Assembly (NCBI GenBank): GCA_023267555.1
Contig: JAHFMZ010000002.1
Coordinates: forward strand, 12,304-62,252
Source: a bacterium
Lineage (GTDB): Bacteria > Patescibacteriota > Minisyncoccia > Phycocordibacterales > UBA5272
DNA length: 49,949 nt
Reading direction: 5' to 3'
The position numbers were made by a program, and so were the translations under genes. This document shows, piece after piece, positions 1-10,082 of the stretch. Each line of letters opens with the position of its first letter. Within the stretch, counting starts at the first letter, position 1. The notes beneath the pieces were generated by a model. The model made no database searches and was not told where the DNA came from. It worked only from the letters and a program-made list of their open reading frames with translations.

Positions 1-10
1 AACTCATCCT

Positions 11-3000
11 ATGTTCGTCCATCTTCGTAATCATAGTCACTATTCCCTTTTGAGTGCTTTACCAAAAATTAACGCCCTTGTTAAAAAAACAAAGGCTGTA
101 AATATGCCAGCACTAGCCCTAACGGATTATAACAATATGTACGGGACGATTGAATTCTATACAGCCTGTAAAAAGGCAGGTATAAAACCAATTATTGGAG
201 TTGAATTTTCTATTCGTCTACACGAACGTACATTTCAAATTGTGCTTATAGCCAAAACATTAGAAGGCTATAAAAACTTAATGCGTATAACTTCCATCGT
301 AAACGTTGAAAATCCACTTCATCCAGTTCTTAATGATGAAACACTTATCAAATATAAAGATGGGCTCATAGTACTTTCAGGTGGTGTTTGGGGAGACATA
401 AGCAATCTTCTTATAGTAAATCAACAAGAAGCAGAAGCAAGAATTAATTTTTACAAAGAATATTTCAAAGAACATTTTTATTTGGAAATCAACCCGCAAA
501 CATCTATGGAACACGGCGAGTTGATGCGTAAAAAAACAATTGAATGTGCACACAATACAAACACTCCCCTTGTGGCTACATTCAATACACATTACTTAAA
601 CGACCAAGATAAAAGTGCACACAAAACACTTTTTTTGGTACACGGTGACGAACATTCAGCAGAAGAATACAATCATCGTTTTCAAAAAGATTCATTCGCT
701 TTTATTGATGATGAAAAAATAATAAAAAAAATGTTTGCTAACACACCAGAAGCTTTGGAAAATACACTCAAAATAGTTGAATCCTGCACTCTTGAAATAC
801 CCCTCGGTCAATGGGTGTTTCCTAACATAGAGTACAAGAAGAGTTATGACGAAGACATACGAGATCTGGCTTATGCTGGGTTGGAAATTCGTAAAATGGA
901 ATTGACTGACATTATCAAAACAAGATTAGAGTATGAATTAAAAGTTATTGCTGACAAAGGGTATTCACCCTACTTTTTAGTAGTGTATGATCTCTTACGT
1001 TTTGCTCGCGAGAATGGTATTTTAACTAACATTCGTGGATCAGTTGCTGGATCACTTGTAACTTATCTTCTACAAATTACAAAGTGTGACCCCATAGCCT
1101 ATAAGTTACCATTCGAAAGATTTCTAAATCCAGAGCGACCATCTGCTCCTGATATTGATATGGACTTTGCTGACACTCGCCGTGATGATGTTATCGATTA
1201 CGCTCGTAGAAAATATGGTTTAGATAATGTTGCTCAGATTGGAACATTTGGTACGATGATGGCCCGTGGTGCGGTACGTGATGTAGCCCGTGCTATGAAA
1301 TTTCCATACACGGTTGGTGATCGTATTAGCAAAATGATACCTCCGCCAAAGCAAGGCTTCCCAGTTACAATTGCTTCGGCTCTCAAAGACGTTCCTGAAT
1401 TGAAAGAAATGTATAACAGTGATCGAGAAACACAAATAATTTTGGATATGGCACAAAAAGTTGAAGGATGCGCTAGACATATTTCGGTACACGCCGCAGG
1501 TACAGTCATATCCCCTATGCCATTATGGGAATTTACTCCTATACAACGTGATCCTAAAGGTGGGAAAATTATTACTCAGTATGATATGTACACAATTGAA
1601 GATGCCGGTCTTCTTAAATTTGATTTTCTTGGTATTCGTAACTTAACAATTTTGGGAGATGCAATAAAATTGGCAAAAAAACTTTATAACATTGATGTTG
1701 ATATTGAAGCCATCCCGCTTGATGATCAAAAAACATTCGATATGCTTTCGCGAGGTGAAACTATGGGGCTTTTCCAACTTAATGGTTCTGGTATGACTAG
1801 ATTTTTAAAAGAACTAAAACCTACCACAATATTTGATATAAACGCTATGGTGGCTCTTTATCGTCCTGGACCCCTAGAAATGATCCCCGAATATATTCAG
1901 CGTAAACATAATCCTGCCCTCATAAAATTTCTTGATCCAAGACTTGAACCAATTCTTGATCAATCGTTTGGAGTTATTGTTTATCAAGACGACGTGATGT
2001 TAATCGCCATACATTTGGCTGGCTATTCTTGGTTAGAGGCCGACAAATTACGTAAAGCAATGGGTAAAAAGATTCCGGCAGAAATGCAAGCTCAAAAAGA
2101 AAAACTCTTGAATGGTTTTGTGGAAAATGGTCTATCAGAAAAAAAGGCAGAGCAACTTTGGTTGTTAATTGAACCGTTTGCTGCTTATGGTTTCAACAAA
2201 GCTCACGCCGCAAGTTATGGACGAGTAGCCTTTCAAACTTCTTATATGAAAGCAAATTTCCCTGTTGCATATATGACGGCGATTATGACTAATGAAAGTG
2301 GCGACATAGAAAAAATTGCAGAAATAGTGAGTGAATGTAAACGTATGAAAATAAATGTATTGCCCCCTGACATTAATATGAGTGAGGGAGGATTCAGTGT
2401 TGTGAAAGATAAAAATAAAAATGAAGAAATAAGATTTGGACTTTACACAATAAAAAATCTTGGAGTTGATATTGCTGACGCAATAATAAATGAAAGAAAA
2501 AATAATGGACCATATATATCATTTGAAAACTTTATTCGCCGTGTTACACACAAAAACCTAAATAAAAAATCACTAGAAGCATTAACTATGTGTGGAGCAT
2601 TAGATAAATTTGCTGAGCGTGGACAGATACTAGCAAATATGGAAAGTATTTTAAATTTTCATAAACACATAGTGAAAGATAATATAATGCAAGACAGTTT
2701 ATTTGGTGGTATGGAAATTTCACCCTTCGTGATGAAAAAAACAGAACCAATATCACAGGAACAAAAACTTATTTGGGAAAAAGACTTACTTGGACTTTTC
2801 GTGTCAGGGTTTCCACTAGATAAATGGAAAGAAAAAATCGAAGCTCGTGGTATTAATATTGATAAAGTACATCATAACACTCAAGATGGAAAAGAAGTTT
2901 CTTTAGCTGTTATTATTGAGCATATAAAAATAACTGTAACAAAAAAAGGAGACAAAATGGCTTTGGTTAGATTGCGTGATTACAGTGGAACAATTGAAGT

Positions 3001-3139
3001 CGCTATATTCCCAGAAACATATCAAAAATACAAAGGAATAATAGTAGAAGATATACCTCTAATGATACGTGGAAAGGTCTCGACAAGAAACGGAGAAAAA
3101 ACAATTGCGGTAGATGAAGCAAAAAAATTAAATAATTAA
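11..3139 (+). CDS. dnaE: DNA polymerase III alpha subunit (DnaE type)
   Basis: 1042-aa ORF. N-terminal PHP motif (HLRNHSHYSLL), polymerase core motifs (PDIDMDF, GLLKFDFLG, VYQDD) and a C-terminal OB-like region. Confidence 0.95.
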   Translation: MFVHLRNHSHYSLLSALPKINALVKKTKAVNMPALALTDYNNMYGTIEFYTACKKAGIKPIIGVEFSIRLHERTFQIVLIAKTLEGYKNLMRITSIVNVENPLHPVLNDETLIKYKDGLIVLSGGVWGDISNLLIVNQQEAEARINFYKEYFKEHFYLEINPQTSMEHGELMRKKTIECAHNTNTPLVATFNTHYLNDQDKSAHKTLFLVHGDEHSAEEYNHRFQKDSFAFIDDEKIIKKMFANTPEALENTLKIVESCTLEIPLGQWVFPNIEYKKSYDEDIRDLAYAGLEIRKMELTDIIKTRLEYELKVIADKGYSPYFLVVYDLLRFARENGILTNIRGSVAGSLVTYLLQITKCDPIAYKLPFERFLNPERPSAPDIDMDFADTRRDDVIDYARRKYGLDNVAQIGTFGTMMARGAVRDVARAMKFPYTVGDRISKMIPPPKQGFPVTIASALKDVPELKEMYNSDRETQIILDMAQKVEGCARHISVHAAGTVISPMPLWEFTPIQRDPKGGKIITQYDMYTIEDAGLLKFDFLGIRNLTILGDAIKLAKKLYNIDVDIEAIPLDDQKTFDMLSRGETMGLFQLNGSGMTRFLKELKPTTIFDINAMVALYRPGPLEMIPEYIQRKHNPALIKFLDPRLEPILDQSFGVIVYQDDVMLIAIHLAGYSWLEADKLRKAMGKKIPAEMQAQKEKLLNGFVENGLSEKKAEQLWLLIEPFAAYGFNKAHAASYGRVAFQTSYMKANFPVAYMTAIMTNESGDIEKIAEIVSECKRMKINVLPPDINMSEGGFSVVKDKNKNEEIRFGLYTIKNLGVDIADAIINERKNNGPYISFENFIRRVTHKNLNKKSLEALTMCGALDKFAERGQILANMESILNFHKHIVKDNIMQDSLFGGMEISPFVMKKTEPISQEQKLIWEKDLLGLFVSGFPLDKWKEKIEARGINIDKVHHNTQDGKEVSLAVIIEHIKITVTKKGDKMALVRLRDYSGTIEVAIFPETYQKYKGIIVEDIPLMIRGKVSTRNGEKTIAVDEAKKLNN

Positions 3140-3201
3140 TGCTTTTTTGATTGTATTTCCATCTGTTGCAGACATTTATCGTATTATGATATAATAGCCT
3201 T

Positions 3202-3426
3202 ATGGTTCAATTGCTATCTATTGTGCAATTAATATTGGCTACACTCCTTATCGTTCTCGTCTTAATACAACGAGCAAACACTGACGCTTCAGGGGCTTTC
3301 GGTGGAGATGGGAGTAGCGGAGCAACGCTTGAAAAGCGTGGTGCAGAAAAATCACTTCATCGTCTAACTATTATGGTTGTGATGTTATTTGTGGTTTCTA
3401 TGGCATATCCGTTTATCATTCGCTAG
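3202..3426 (+). CDS. secG: Preprotein translocase subunit SecG
   Basis: 74 aa with two hydrophobic helices. Has the typical VLIQ...GAFGG core. TATAAT at 3190..3195 lies 6 nt before the ATG. Confidence 0.75.
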   Translation: MVQLLSIVQLILATLLIVLVLIQRANTDASGAFGGDGSSGATLEKRGAEKSLHRLTIMVVMLFVVSMAYPFIIR

Positions 3427-3532
3427 TATTTTATACAGATAGTAAAATCTATAAAAAAATTTTAAAAATATTTACAACACAATATACTTTTAAAAGTTTT
3501 GTAGGCACATAAATCACTGTAGAATAATTACT

Positions 3533-5251
3533 ATGGACTCATCAAAAAAAATATCATACTTTGTTAAATTAAAATCTCGAGTACAAACTCTCTACAAATC
3601 TCTCTCGCCTGAACGAGTACTTTTGTTTTGGTCACTTGTAGCACTCTCGGTGACACTTATATTTTCTGCACTTATCGTTTTTAATAATCGTTTCCTTATT
3701 ACAACACCAACTTATGGGGGAACAGTTCGTGAAGGAATAATCGGCACTCCAAGATTTATTAATCCCGTATTAGCAACTAGTGATCAAGATAAAGATTTGA
3801 CCACTCTTGTTTACGCTGGATTAACTAAAAAAGATACTCTCGGACATACCGAACTTGATATGGCAAAATCAATAACTGAAAGTGATGATCAATTACATTA
3901 TTCTGTTGTTTTAAAAGACAATGCAAAATTTCACGATGGAGAAAAAGTAACCGCAGACGATATTATATATACAATAGCACTCATACAATCACCAGCAATA
4001 AAAAGTCCATATCGTATTGAATGGGAAGGGGTAAGTATCGAAAAGGAAAGTGATACTGAATTTACTTTTTCTCTAAAAAAACCATACCCACAGTTTATGG
4101 TTGCACTTACATTAGGTATTTTACCTAAACATATTTGGAAAAATCTTACAGAAGAACAAATAAGTTTGAGTGACTATAATATACACGCTATAGGAAGTGG
4201 CCCATATAAAATATCAAGCATTGCAACTAATTCTGGAATCCCAAACACATTTGTTCTTAAAGCATATGAAAATTACACCCGCGGACGTCCATATATAGAT
4301 ACATTTGTCATATCTACATATCAAAACGAAAAATATTTAATACAAGCATTTCAAAATGGAGATATTGATAGACTATATGGTATATCACCAGAAAAAGTCG
4401 CCTCACTACAAATACCAGCAAATAATATACACACCTCTCTTCTCCCTCGCACATTTGCTGTCTTCTTTAATCCAAACAAGGATAGTATCCTTTCAGATAA
4501 AAATGTACGTCTCGCTCTTCATATGGCAATTAATAAACAAGCAATAGTTAATACTGTATTAAAAAATTACGGCAAAGTTATTAATGACCCCTATCCATTC
4601 GATGAAGATATAACTGCCTCTGTTTACAATGTTGATCAAGCCCGAACATTACTTGAAAGTAATAAAGCACTTAAAAAAGCATCCAGCACTCTCGAAATAA
4701 CACTGACTACTGCAAACACTGATGAGATGAAGAAGGTTGCCGAAATGATAAAAAATGATTGGGAAGCAATTGGTGTACACACAACACTTGCAGTATACGA
4801 AGTATCAGACCTCAATCAAACAGTTATCAAGGACCGTGATTTCCAAGTTCTACTTTTTGGATCAATCACCCAAGACCCATCCGACTTGTATGCTTTCTGG
4901 CATTCTTCTCAACGAACATACCCAGGTTTAAATATTTCAAATTATGTTAGTAAAAAATTAGATACAAATCTAGAAACGTTACGTACAAGTGAAAATGAAT
5001 TATCTCGCATTAGTGCTTATGAAGATGTTAAAAAAGAATTTTCTGAAGAAGTCCCAGGTATATTTCTTTTTGCTCCTTCACTCATCTATATTACGCGTGA
5101 CAAAATAACTTCTCCATTACCTTTGTATAGTTTTAATAATTCTTCAAGATTCACACTCATCGAAAGTTGGTATAGATACACTGACTCCGTGTGGCCAAAA
5201 ACATATTCTAAATCTGTGATAGCTTTTTTGGAGAAAATTATTCATTATTAA
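3533..5251 (+). CDS. ABC transporter substrate-binding protein, family 5 (peptide/nickel type), membrane anchored
   Basis: 572 aa with an N-terminal TM anchor. Overall SBP_bac_5-like layout (GGTVREGIIGTPRFINP start, long two-lobe body). No permease or ATPase is adjacent. Confidence 0.75.
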   Translation: MDSSKKISYFVKLKSRVQTLYKSLSPERVLLFWSLVALSVTLIFSALIVFNNRFLITTPTYGGTVREGIIGTPRFINPVLATSDQDKDLTTLVYAGLTKKDTLGHTELDMAKSITESDDQLHYSVVLKDNAKFHDGEKVTADDIIYTIALIQSPAIKSPYRIEWEGVSIEKESDTEFTFSLKKPYPQFMVALTLGILPKHIWKNLTEEQISLSDYNIHAIGSGPYKISSIATNSGIPNTFVLKAYENYTRGRPYIDTFVISTYQNEKYLIQAFQNGDIDRLYGISPEKVASLQIPANNIHTSLLPRTFAVFFNPNKDSILSDKNVRLALHMAINKQAIVNTVLKNYGKVINDPYPFDEDITASVYNVDQARTLLESNKALKKASSTLEITLTTANTDEMKKVAEMIKNDWEAIGVHTTLAVYEVSDLNQTVIKDRDFQVLLFGSITQDPSDLYAFWHSSQRTYPGLNISNYVSKKLDTNLETLRTSENELSRISAYEDVKKEFSEEVPGIFLFAPSLIYITRDKITSPLPLYSFNNSSRFTLIESWYRYTDSVWPKTYSKSVIAFLEKIIHY

Positions 5252-5280
5252 ATTTATACGTTACAAATAACATTACTACT

Positions 5281-7173
5281 ATGAACAAAGACATAACAAC
5301 CACCGAAACAATAAAAGAAAATACGCTAGAGGTGGAACAAACGACCGCTCCTTCAGTCACACCATATCGTCGACCGCAAGAGAGACCAAAAACAGGTGGC
5401 AATCGTATGCGTAGTAATCGTCCACCACGTTCTATGGTTGGGCCAAAATTTGACACAACAGTTTCTTCTAAAGTAGAAACTGCACATATTCCCCCATTAA
5501 AAGATGGCGACATACGCATTATCCACTTTGGTGGTGTAGAAGAGATTGGACGCAATATGAGTATGGTCGAATACAAAGACACAATCTTGATAGTTGATTG
5601 TGGAGTTCAATTCACAGAAAAACATACCCCGGGTATTGATTTTATTCTTCCAAATACAAAATATTTAGAAGAACATAAACGTAAAATTAAAGGTGTACTT
5701 GTAACCCACGGACATCTCGATCACATTGGTGCTATTCCTTATATAATGCCTCGCATTGGTAACCCGCAAATATATGCACGCCTATTTACTTCACTAATGA
5801 TACGAAAGCGTCAGGAAGAATTTCCACATCTTGATGCACTGACTATAAATATTATTGAAAAGGGTGACGCTATTACATTGGGTGATTTGAAAGTTCGTTT
5901 CTTTGGTGTAACTCACGCGATACCAGATTCTATGGGCATCATAGTAGAAACCCCTTATGGTGACATTGTTCACTCTGGAGATCTTCGTCTAGAACATAAC
6001 AACGACATCCCAACTGATGATGAAGTAGAGCGCTATAAAGTTTTTGAGAATCGTAAGACATTATTATTGATGGCAGATTCTACAAACTGTGAGAATCCAG
6101 GATTTTCTATTTCTGATACCGTAGTTTATAAAAACATTGAAGGTATAATCACAGACACTCCCGGCCGTCTGATTATCAGTACTTTTGCTTCTCAGGTTGA
6201 ACGTATGCTCTTTATGTTGAATACCGCAGAAAAACACGGCAAAAAAGTTGTGATTGAAGGTCGCAGTATGAAAACAAATGTCGAGATTGCAAAACTTGCA
6301 AATATGCTCAAAATTCGTCCAGAGACACTTATATCATTAGAAGAGATGGTAAAGTACCCTGATAATAAAATTATTATTTTAGCTACCGGACAACAAGGTG
6401 AAGAATTTGCTGCTTTGGGACGTATCGCTTCTAAAGTACATAAATTTATTCGTCTCACACCCCGAGATACAATATTGATGTCCTCATCTGTGGTACCAGG
6501 AAATGAGCGAGCTGTACAAAATTTGAAAGATAAACTATCTCGTCAAGGAGCACATATTATTCACTACAAAACATCAGACGTGCATTCTTCGGGACACGCA
6601 AATGCTGATGAACTTTTGTGGATACATCGCAAAATACATCCAAAGTTTTTTATTCCCGTTCACGGATATCACTATATGCTTCGTGTGCACGCCGATCTTG
6701 AACGCAAATTAGGTATGCCAGAAGAAAATATAATTATTCCAGACAACGGAATGATTATAGAAATACAAGATGGTGGTAATAGAATTACAAAATTAAAAGA
6801 ATTAGCTCCAGGCGAAATGATTGTGGTTGATGGAACATCTGTCGGTAAAATCCAAGATGTTGTTATGCGCGATCGACAAACACTTGCAGAAGATGGAATA
6901 TTTATAGTAATTGGTGTTATAGATAGCCGCACTCATACTCTCAAAAAATCTCCAGATTTAATTTCTCGTGGATTTGTTTATTTAAAAGAATCTCAAGATC
7001 TTCTTTATCAGACTCGTCTCCTTACGAAAAAAGTTATAGAAAATTCTCTAACTCGTGGAGGTTATATGAATCTTGATCAAATGAAACAAGAAGTGGCTGA
7101 AACAACAACAAAATTCCTGCTTCAAAAGACGGCAAAAAATCCAGTTATAATACCAGTAATAATTTCAGTTTAA
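5281..7173 (+). CDS. rnj: Ribonuclease J
   Basis: 630 aa. Metallo-beta-lactamase motif HGHLDHIG, beta-CASP region and C-terminal domain. A basic, disordered N-terminal extension of about 70 aa. Confidence 0.9.
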   Translation: MNKDITTTETIKENTLEVEQTTAPSVTPYRRPQERPKTGGNRMRSNRPPRSMVGPKFDTTVSSKVETAHIPPLKDGDIRIIHFGGVEEIGRNMSMVEYKDTILIVDCGVQFTEKHTPGIDFILPNTKYLEEHKRKIKGVLVTHGHLDHIGAIPYIMPRIGNPQIYARLFTSLMIRKRQEEFPHLDALTINIIEKGDAITLGDLKVRFFGVTHAIPDSMGIIVETPYGDIVHSGDLRLEHNNDIPTDDEVERYKVFENRKTLLLMADSTNCENPGFSISDTVVYKNIEGIITDTPGRLIISTFASQVERMLFMLNTAEKHGKKVVIEGRSMKTNVEIAKLANMLKIRPETLISLEEMVKYPDNKIIILATGQQGEEFAALGRIASKVHKFIRLTPRDTILMSSSVVPGNERAVQNLKDKLSRQGAHIIHYKTSDVHSSGHANADELLWIHRKIHPKFFIPVHGYHYMLRVHADLERKLGMPEENIIIPDNGMIIEIQDGGNRITKLKELAPGEMIVVDGTSVGKIQDVVMRDRQTLAEDGIFIVIGVIDSRTHTLKKSPDLISRGFVYLKESQDLLYQTRLLTKKVIENSLTRGGYMNLDQMKQEVAETTTKFLLQKTAKNPVIIPVIISV

Positions 7174-7193
7174 ATAACTTGTAATTTTTGCGT

Positions 7194-7234
7194 GGAAATA
7201 AATAGTGGCGCCTACGGCGCCACTATTTATTTCC
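7194..7234. terminator. Perfect 19-bp hairpin after rnj
   Basis: GGAAATAAATAGTGGCGCC-TAC-GGCGCCACTATTTATTTCC. There is no clean U-tract. The 3' arm touches the downstream shared promoter motif. Confidence 0.6.
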
Positions 7235-7265
7235 ACTAGCAACTACCCACTCACCACTGTATACT
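7233..7265 (+). promoter_or_regulatory. Shared 33-nt promoter layout (copy upstream of the MFS transporter)
   Basis: CCACTAGCAACTACCCACTCACCACTGTATACT. TAGCAA sits 17 nt upstream of TATACT, and the ATG follows 9 nt later. Confidence 0.6.
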
Positions 7266-7274
7266 GTGTCATAT

Positions 7275-8444
7275 ATGCACGCTATTGTTCGTAATAAACT
7301 CCTCGTCGTCACATACATATTGACGATTTTATACGCCCTCCATTACGGTATACCTCTATATGCCACATCATCTTTCCTTCATCAATATTTCAATTCCTCC
7401 CTTGTTAGTGGTTTATATATGTTGGGAAGTTTGGGAGCATTAATTGCCTCAATATCTTTCGCTAAACGTATTAAACAATTCCATACTTACACTGTAACTT
7501 TTACTATGGTTGTGGGTGAAATCATAACTATACTTTTATTTGCTTTCACAAAAAATCTTTTCCTCCTTGCGCTATTTTTTATTATTCATTTTATTCTCAC
7601 AGCGCTCCTCTATGTTTGTTTAAACGTATTTATAGAAAGTTTTAGCAAACACGCAGAAACAGGAAGTATACGTGGGCTATTTTTAGCTCTTCTTAATATC
7701 GGTATTCTCATTTCCCCTCTTATCGGAGGAACTGTCCTGTCACACTCTTCATTTGAAGGATTATATGTTACTGCAGCGATTATGCTTGTGCCATTTTTGT
7801 TCTTCTTACATAAATATTTAGAACACGTAACAGAGCCAGCCTATCATAGTATCAATATGCTTCACGCTTTAAAAACAGCTTGGAGAAACAAAAATCTTCG
7901 CGCAGCTTTAATAGGAGAATTAACTGTGCAATGTTTTTATGCAGTGATGATTATTTATTCCCCAATTTATCTAACCACACTTGGTATACCCCTTTCTGTT
8001 TATCTTACTATAATTATTCCTTTTGCTTTGGTCCCATTGGTGATACTTCCGTATGAACTTGGTTTTTTAGCAGACTCTCGTTTCGGTGAAAAAGAATTAT
8101 TAATAATTGGATTTGCTATTTTGGCAATCACTACATTTTTATGCGTAGTTGTTACATCAACTTCTCCGCTTGTTTGGATTGCAATACTACTCACGTCTCG
8201 TATTGGAGCTTCTTGTGTCGAAACTATGGCCTTCACATATTACTTTAAAAAAGTTGGACCTGAAGATGCTTCCTTAACTGCTTTATTTACAAATACTGGG
8301 AATGTTGCCACGTTTGTAGTCGGAGCTGTTGGTTTTTCTATTGCTCCACTTCTAGTAGAACGACCTCAATTAATGTTTATTGTTCTTGGATGTGCAATAT
8401 TATTAAACCTATCTTATGTTCTTCCGATGAGAGATACTAGATAA
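7275..8444 (+). CDS. MFS transporter
   Basis: About 12 predicted hydrophobic helices. I start at ATG 7275 rather than the GTG at 7266 in the track, because TATACT (7260..7265) lies just upstream. Confidence 0.75.
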   Translation: MHAIVRNKLLVVTYILTILYALHYGIPLYATSSFLHQYFNSSLVSGLYMLGSLGALIASISFAKRIKQFHTYTVTFTMVVGEIITILLFAFTKNLFLLALFFIIHFILTALLYVCLNVFIESFSKHAETGSIRGLFLALLNIGILISPLIGGTVLSHSSFEGLYVTAAIMLVPFLFFLHKYLEHVTEPAYHSINMLHALKTAWRNKNLRAALIGELTVQCFYAVMIIYSPIYLTTLGIPLSVYLTIIIPFALVPLVILPYELGFLADSRFGEKELLIIGFAILAITTFLCVVVTSTSPLVWIAILLTSRIGASCVETMAFTYYFKKVGPEDASLTALFTNTGNVATFVVGAVGFSIAPLLVERPQLMFIVLGCAILLNLSYVLPMRDTR

Positions 8445-8447
8445 TAT

Positions 8448-9146
8448 ATGACAGAAATTAAAGTTGATTCAAAAGAAGCTGTTCGTATTAATATTTTCCT
8501 TCGTGATAAAGGGCTTGGTTCACGTCGTAATATTGATGATTACATAACCAAAAAATATATAACTATTAACGGCAAACCTGTAACCCTGGGAAGCAAAGTA
8601 TCTAGAGGAGATGTTATAAATATCAATAACCCAGAGAAAGATCTCATTTATGCGCTCTACAACAAGCCAAGAGGTGAAATAACCGGTAAAAACTCAGAAT
8701 TGGCCGGATGTGAGCCTTTGGGGCGTCTTGATAAAGAAAGTGAGGGTTTACTCCTTTATACCAACGACTATCGCGTGGTGGATGCTTTACTCAACCCTAA
8801 ACACGGAAGAGAAAAAGAATACGAGGTTATCGTGCGTGAAAAAGCAACACCACGAGTAGTAACTCTCCTTAAAAAAGGAATCTATACCCAAGAGATGACT
8901 TATGCCCCAGTAAAATCTGTATCTATATACGGAGAAGGGCATTCTCTTCGTATTATATTAACCGAAGGGAAGAAGCACGAAATTCGCAGAATGTTGAATG
9001 CTTTGAATCTAACAGTGATGTCACTTAAACGAGTACGTATAATGTCCTTTGTTATTCACGGATTAAAATCTGGAAAAGTTCACATTATGACACCAAAACA
9101 AATAGATACATTGTTAAAAGAGTGTGGAATTAAAAATAATTTATAA
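8448..9146 (+). CDS. Pseudouridine synthase, RsuA/RluB family, with N-terminal S4 domain
   Basis: 232 aa. Catalytic motif GRLDKESEGLLLYTND. S4-like N-terminus (RINIFLRDKGLGSRR). Confidence 0.85.
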   Translation: MTEIKVDSKEAVRINIFLRDKGLGSRRNIDDYITKKYITINGKPVTLGSKVSRGDVININNPEKDLIYALYNKPRGEITGKNSELAGCEPLGRLDKESEGLLLYTNDYRVVDALLNPKHGREKEYEVIVREKATPRVVTLLKKGIYTQEMTYAPVKSVSIYGEGHSLRIILTEGKKHEIRRMLNALNLTVMSLKRVRIMSFVIHGLKSGKVHIMTPKQIDTLLKECGIKNNL

Positions 9147-9161
9147 CAGAATAATTATTGA

Positions 9162-9557
9162 TTATTTATTTGTTTCTCCGAAAGTTTCATCTTCAACATC
9201 TTTATCTGCGTCTGCTTTTGTTATATGCACGCGTCCATCAATATGATTTGGTGGTGAGTAAGTTGTAATAATTTTCACTACTTCATTTCCAGTATTAATA
9301 AAATTATGTTTAGTATTTGGAGTGACAACCACAACATCTCCTCCACTCACTTGTGTAATTTCTCCGTCTAGTATTGCATTACAAACACCAGAAATTATAT
9401 AAAGAGTCTGTTCAACTCCAGTATGAATTTCTTCCCCCACTTCACCGCCTACGGGTATAGACATAATTACAAGTTGAGATTTTTTTCCTGTAAAAACTAC
9501 TTCTCGGAAATTATCGTTCCTAATAACCAATTCTTGAATATTTCCTATGAATGACAT
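9162..9557 (-). CDS. Cupin domain protein
   Basis: 131 aa. Two cupin motifs (GGEVGEEIHTGVEQTLYIISG and GDVVVVTPNTKHNFINTG). Confidence 0.75.
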   Translation of the reverse strand: MSFIGNIQELVIRNDNFREVVFTGKKSQLVIMSIPVGGEVGEEIHTGVEQTLYIISGVCNAILDGEITQVSGGDVVVVTPNTKHNFINTGNEVVKIITTYSPPNHIDGRVHITKADADKDVEDETFGETNK

Positions 9558-9613
9558 ATATGTGAATAACTAGGCTTGTATGACTTGAGTATATCACGCA
9601 AGGTTGTTACACT

Positions 9614-9840
9614 ATGGATAGACAGTTGTTTCATTATCAGCTTTTAGTACTAGAAAGAGAAGAGAAACTTCTTGAAGTCTATACAGATAAGAAAGGTATT
9701 ATAAAACCAATCTTGTCGATGCCGATAAAAAAGCAGATGCGGCTTCAAAACAACTGGAAGCAATCGTAAAAAATTTGCCAACAAAAACGGAAGCCAGAAG
9801 CAACCGTAACGCATCAAACAAGGACGTCACTTTTGAATAA
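9614..9840 (+). pseudogene. Possible frameshifted small ORF (49 codons, then about 40 codons in another frame), ending at a terminator
   Basis: The ATG at 9614 opens MDRQLFHYQLLVLEREEKLLEVYTDKKGIIKP.... The reading continues as ...VDADKKADAASKQLEAIVKNLPTKTEARSNRNASNKDVTFE* only after a 1-nt shift near 9700..9720. Confidence 0.25.
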
Positions 9841-9853
9841 AAAGTAACAAAAC

Positions 9854-9887
9854 AAAAATCGCCATACTTACCAGAGGGGCGATTTTT
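9854..9887. terminator. Bidirectional hairpin terminator
   Basis: AAAAATCGCC-N14-GGCGATTTTT, flanked by an A-run and a T-run. Confidence 0.6.
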
Positions 9888-9890
9888 GTT

Positions 9891-9995
9891 CGTCTAAGAC
9901 GTATCTGCTTTGTTGCAGGAAAATTTTTCTCGGTCAACGTACTATACGTACGTCTCTCTCAAAAAATTTTCCTGCGCCGCGCATCTGTCGTATTA
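9891..9995 (+). repeat. Palindromic intergenic element, copy A
   Basis: Core 9915..9975: GCAGGAAAATTTTT-ctcggtcaa-CGTAC-tatac-GTACG-tctctctc-AAAAAATTTTCCTGC. Shares boxes with copies at 26832..26960 and 48908..49019. Confidence 0.6.
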
Positions 9996-10082
9996 TAAAG
10001 GCAAAGAAACACTATTCGTAAAACTTTTCTTGACTCGCATCTGACACAATATCTGAACTAAAAAATTCACACCACCCAACTC

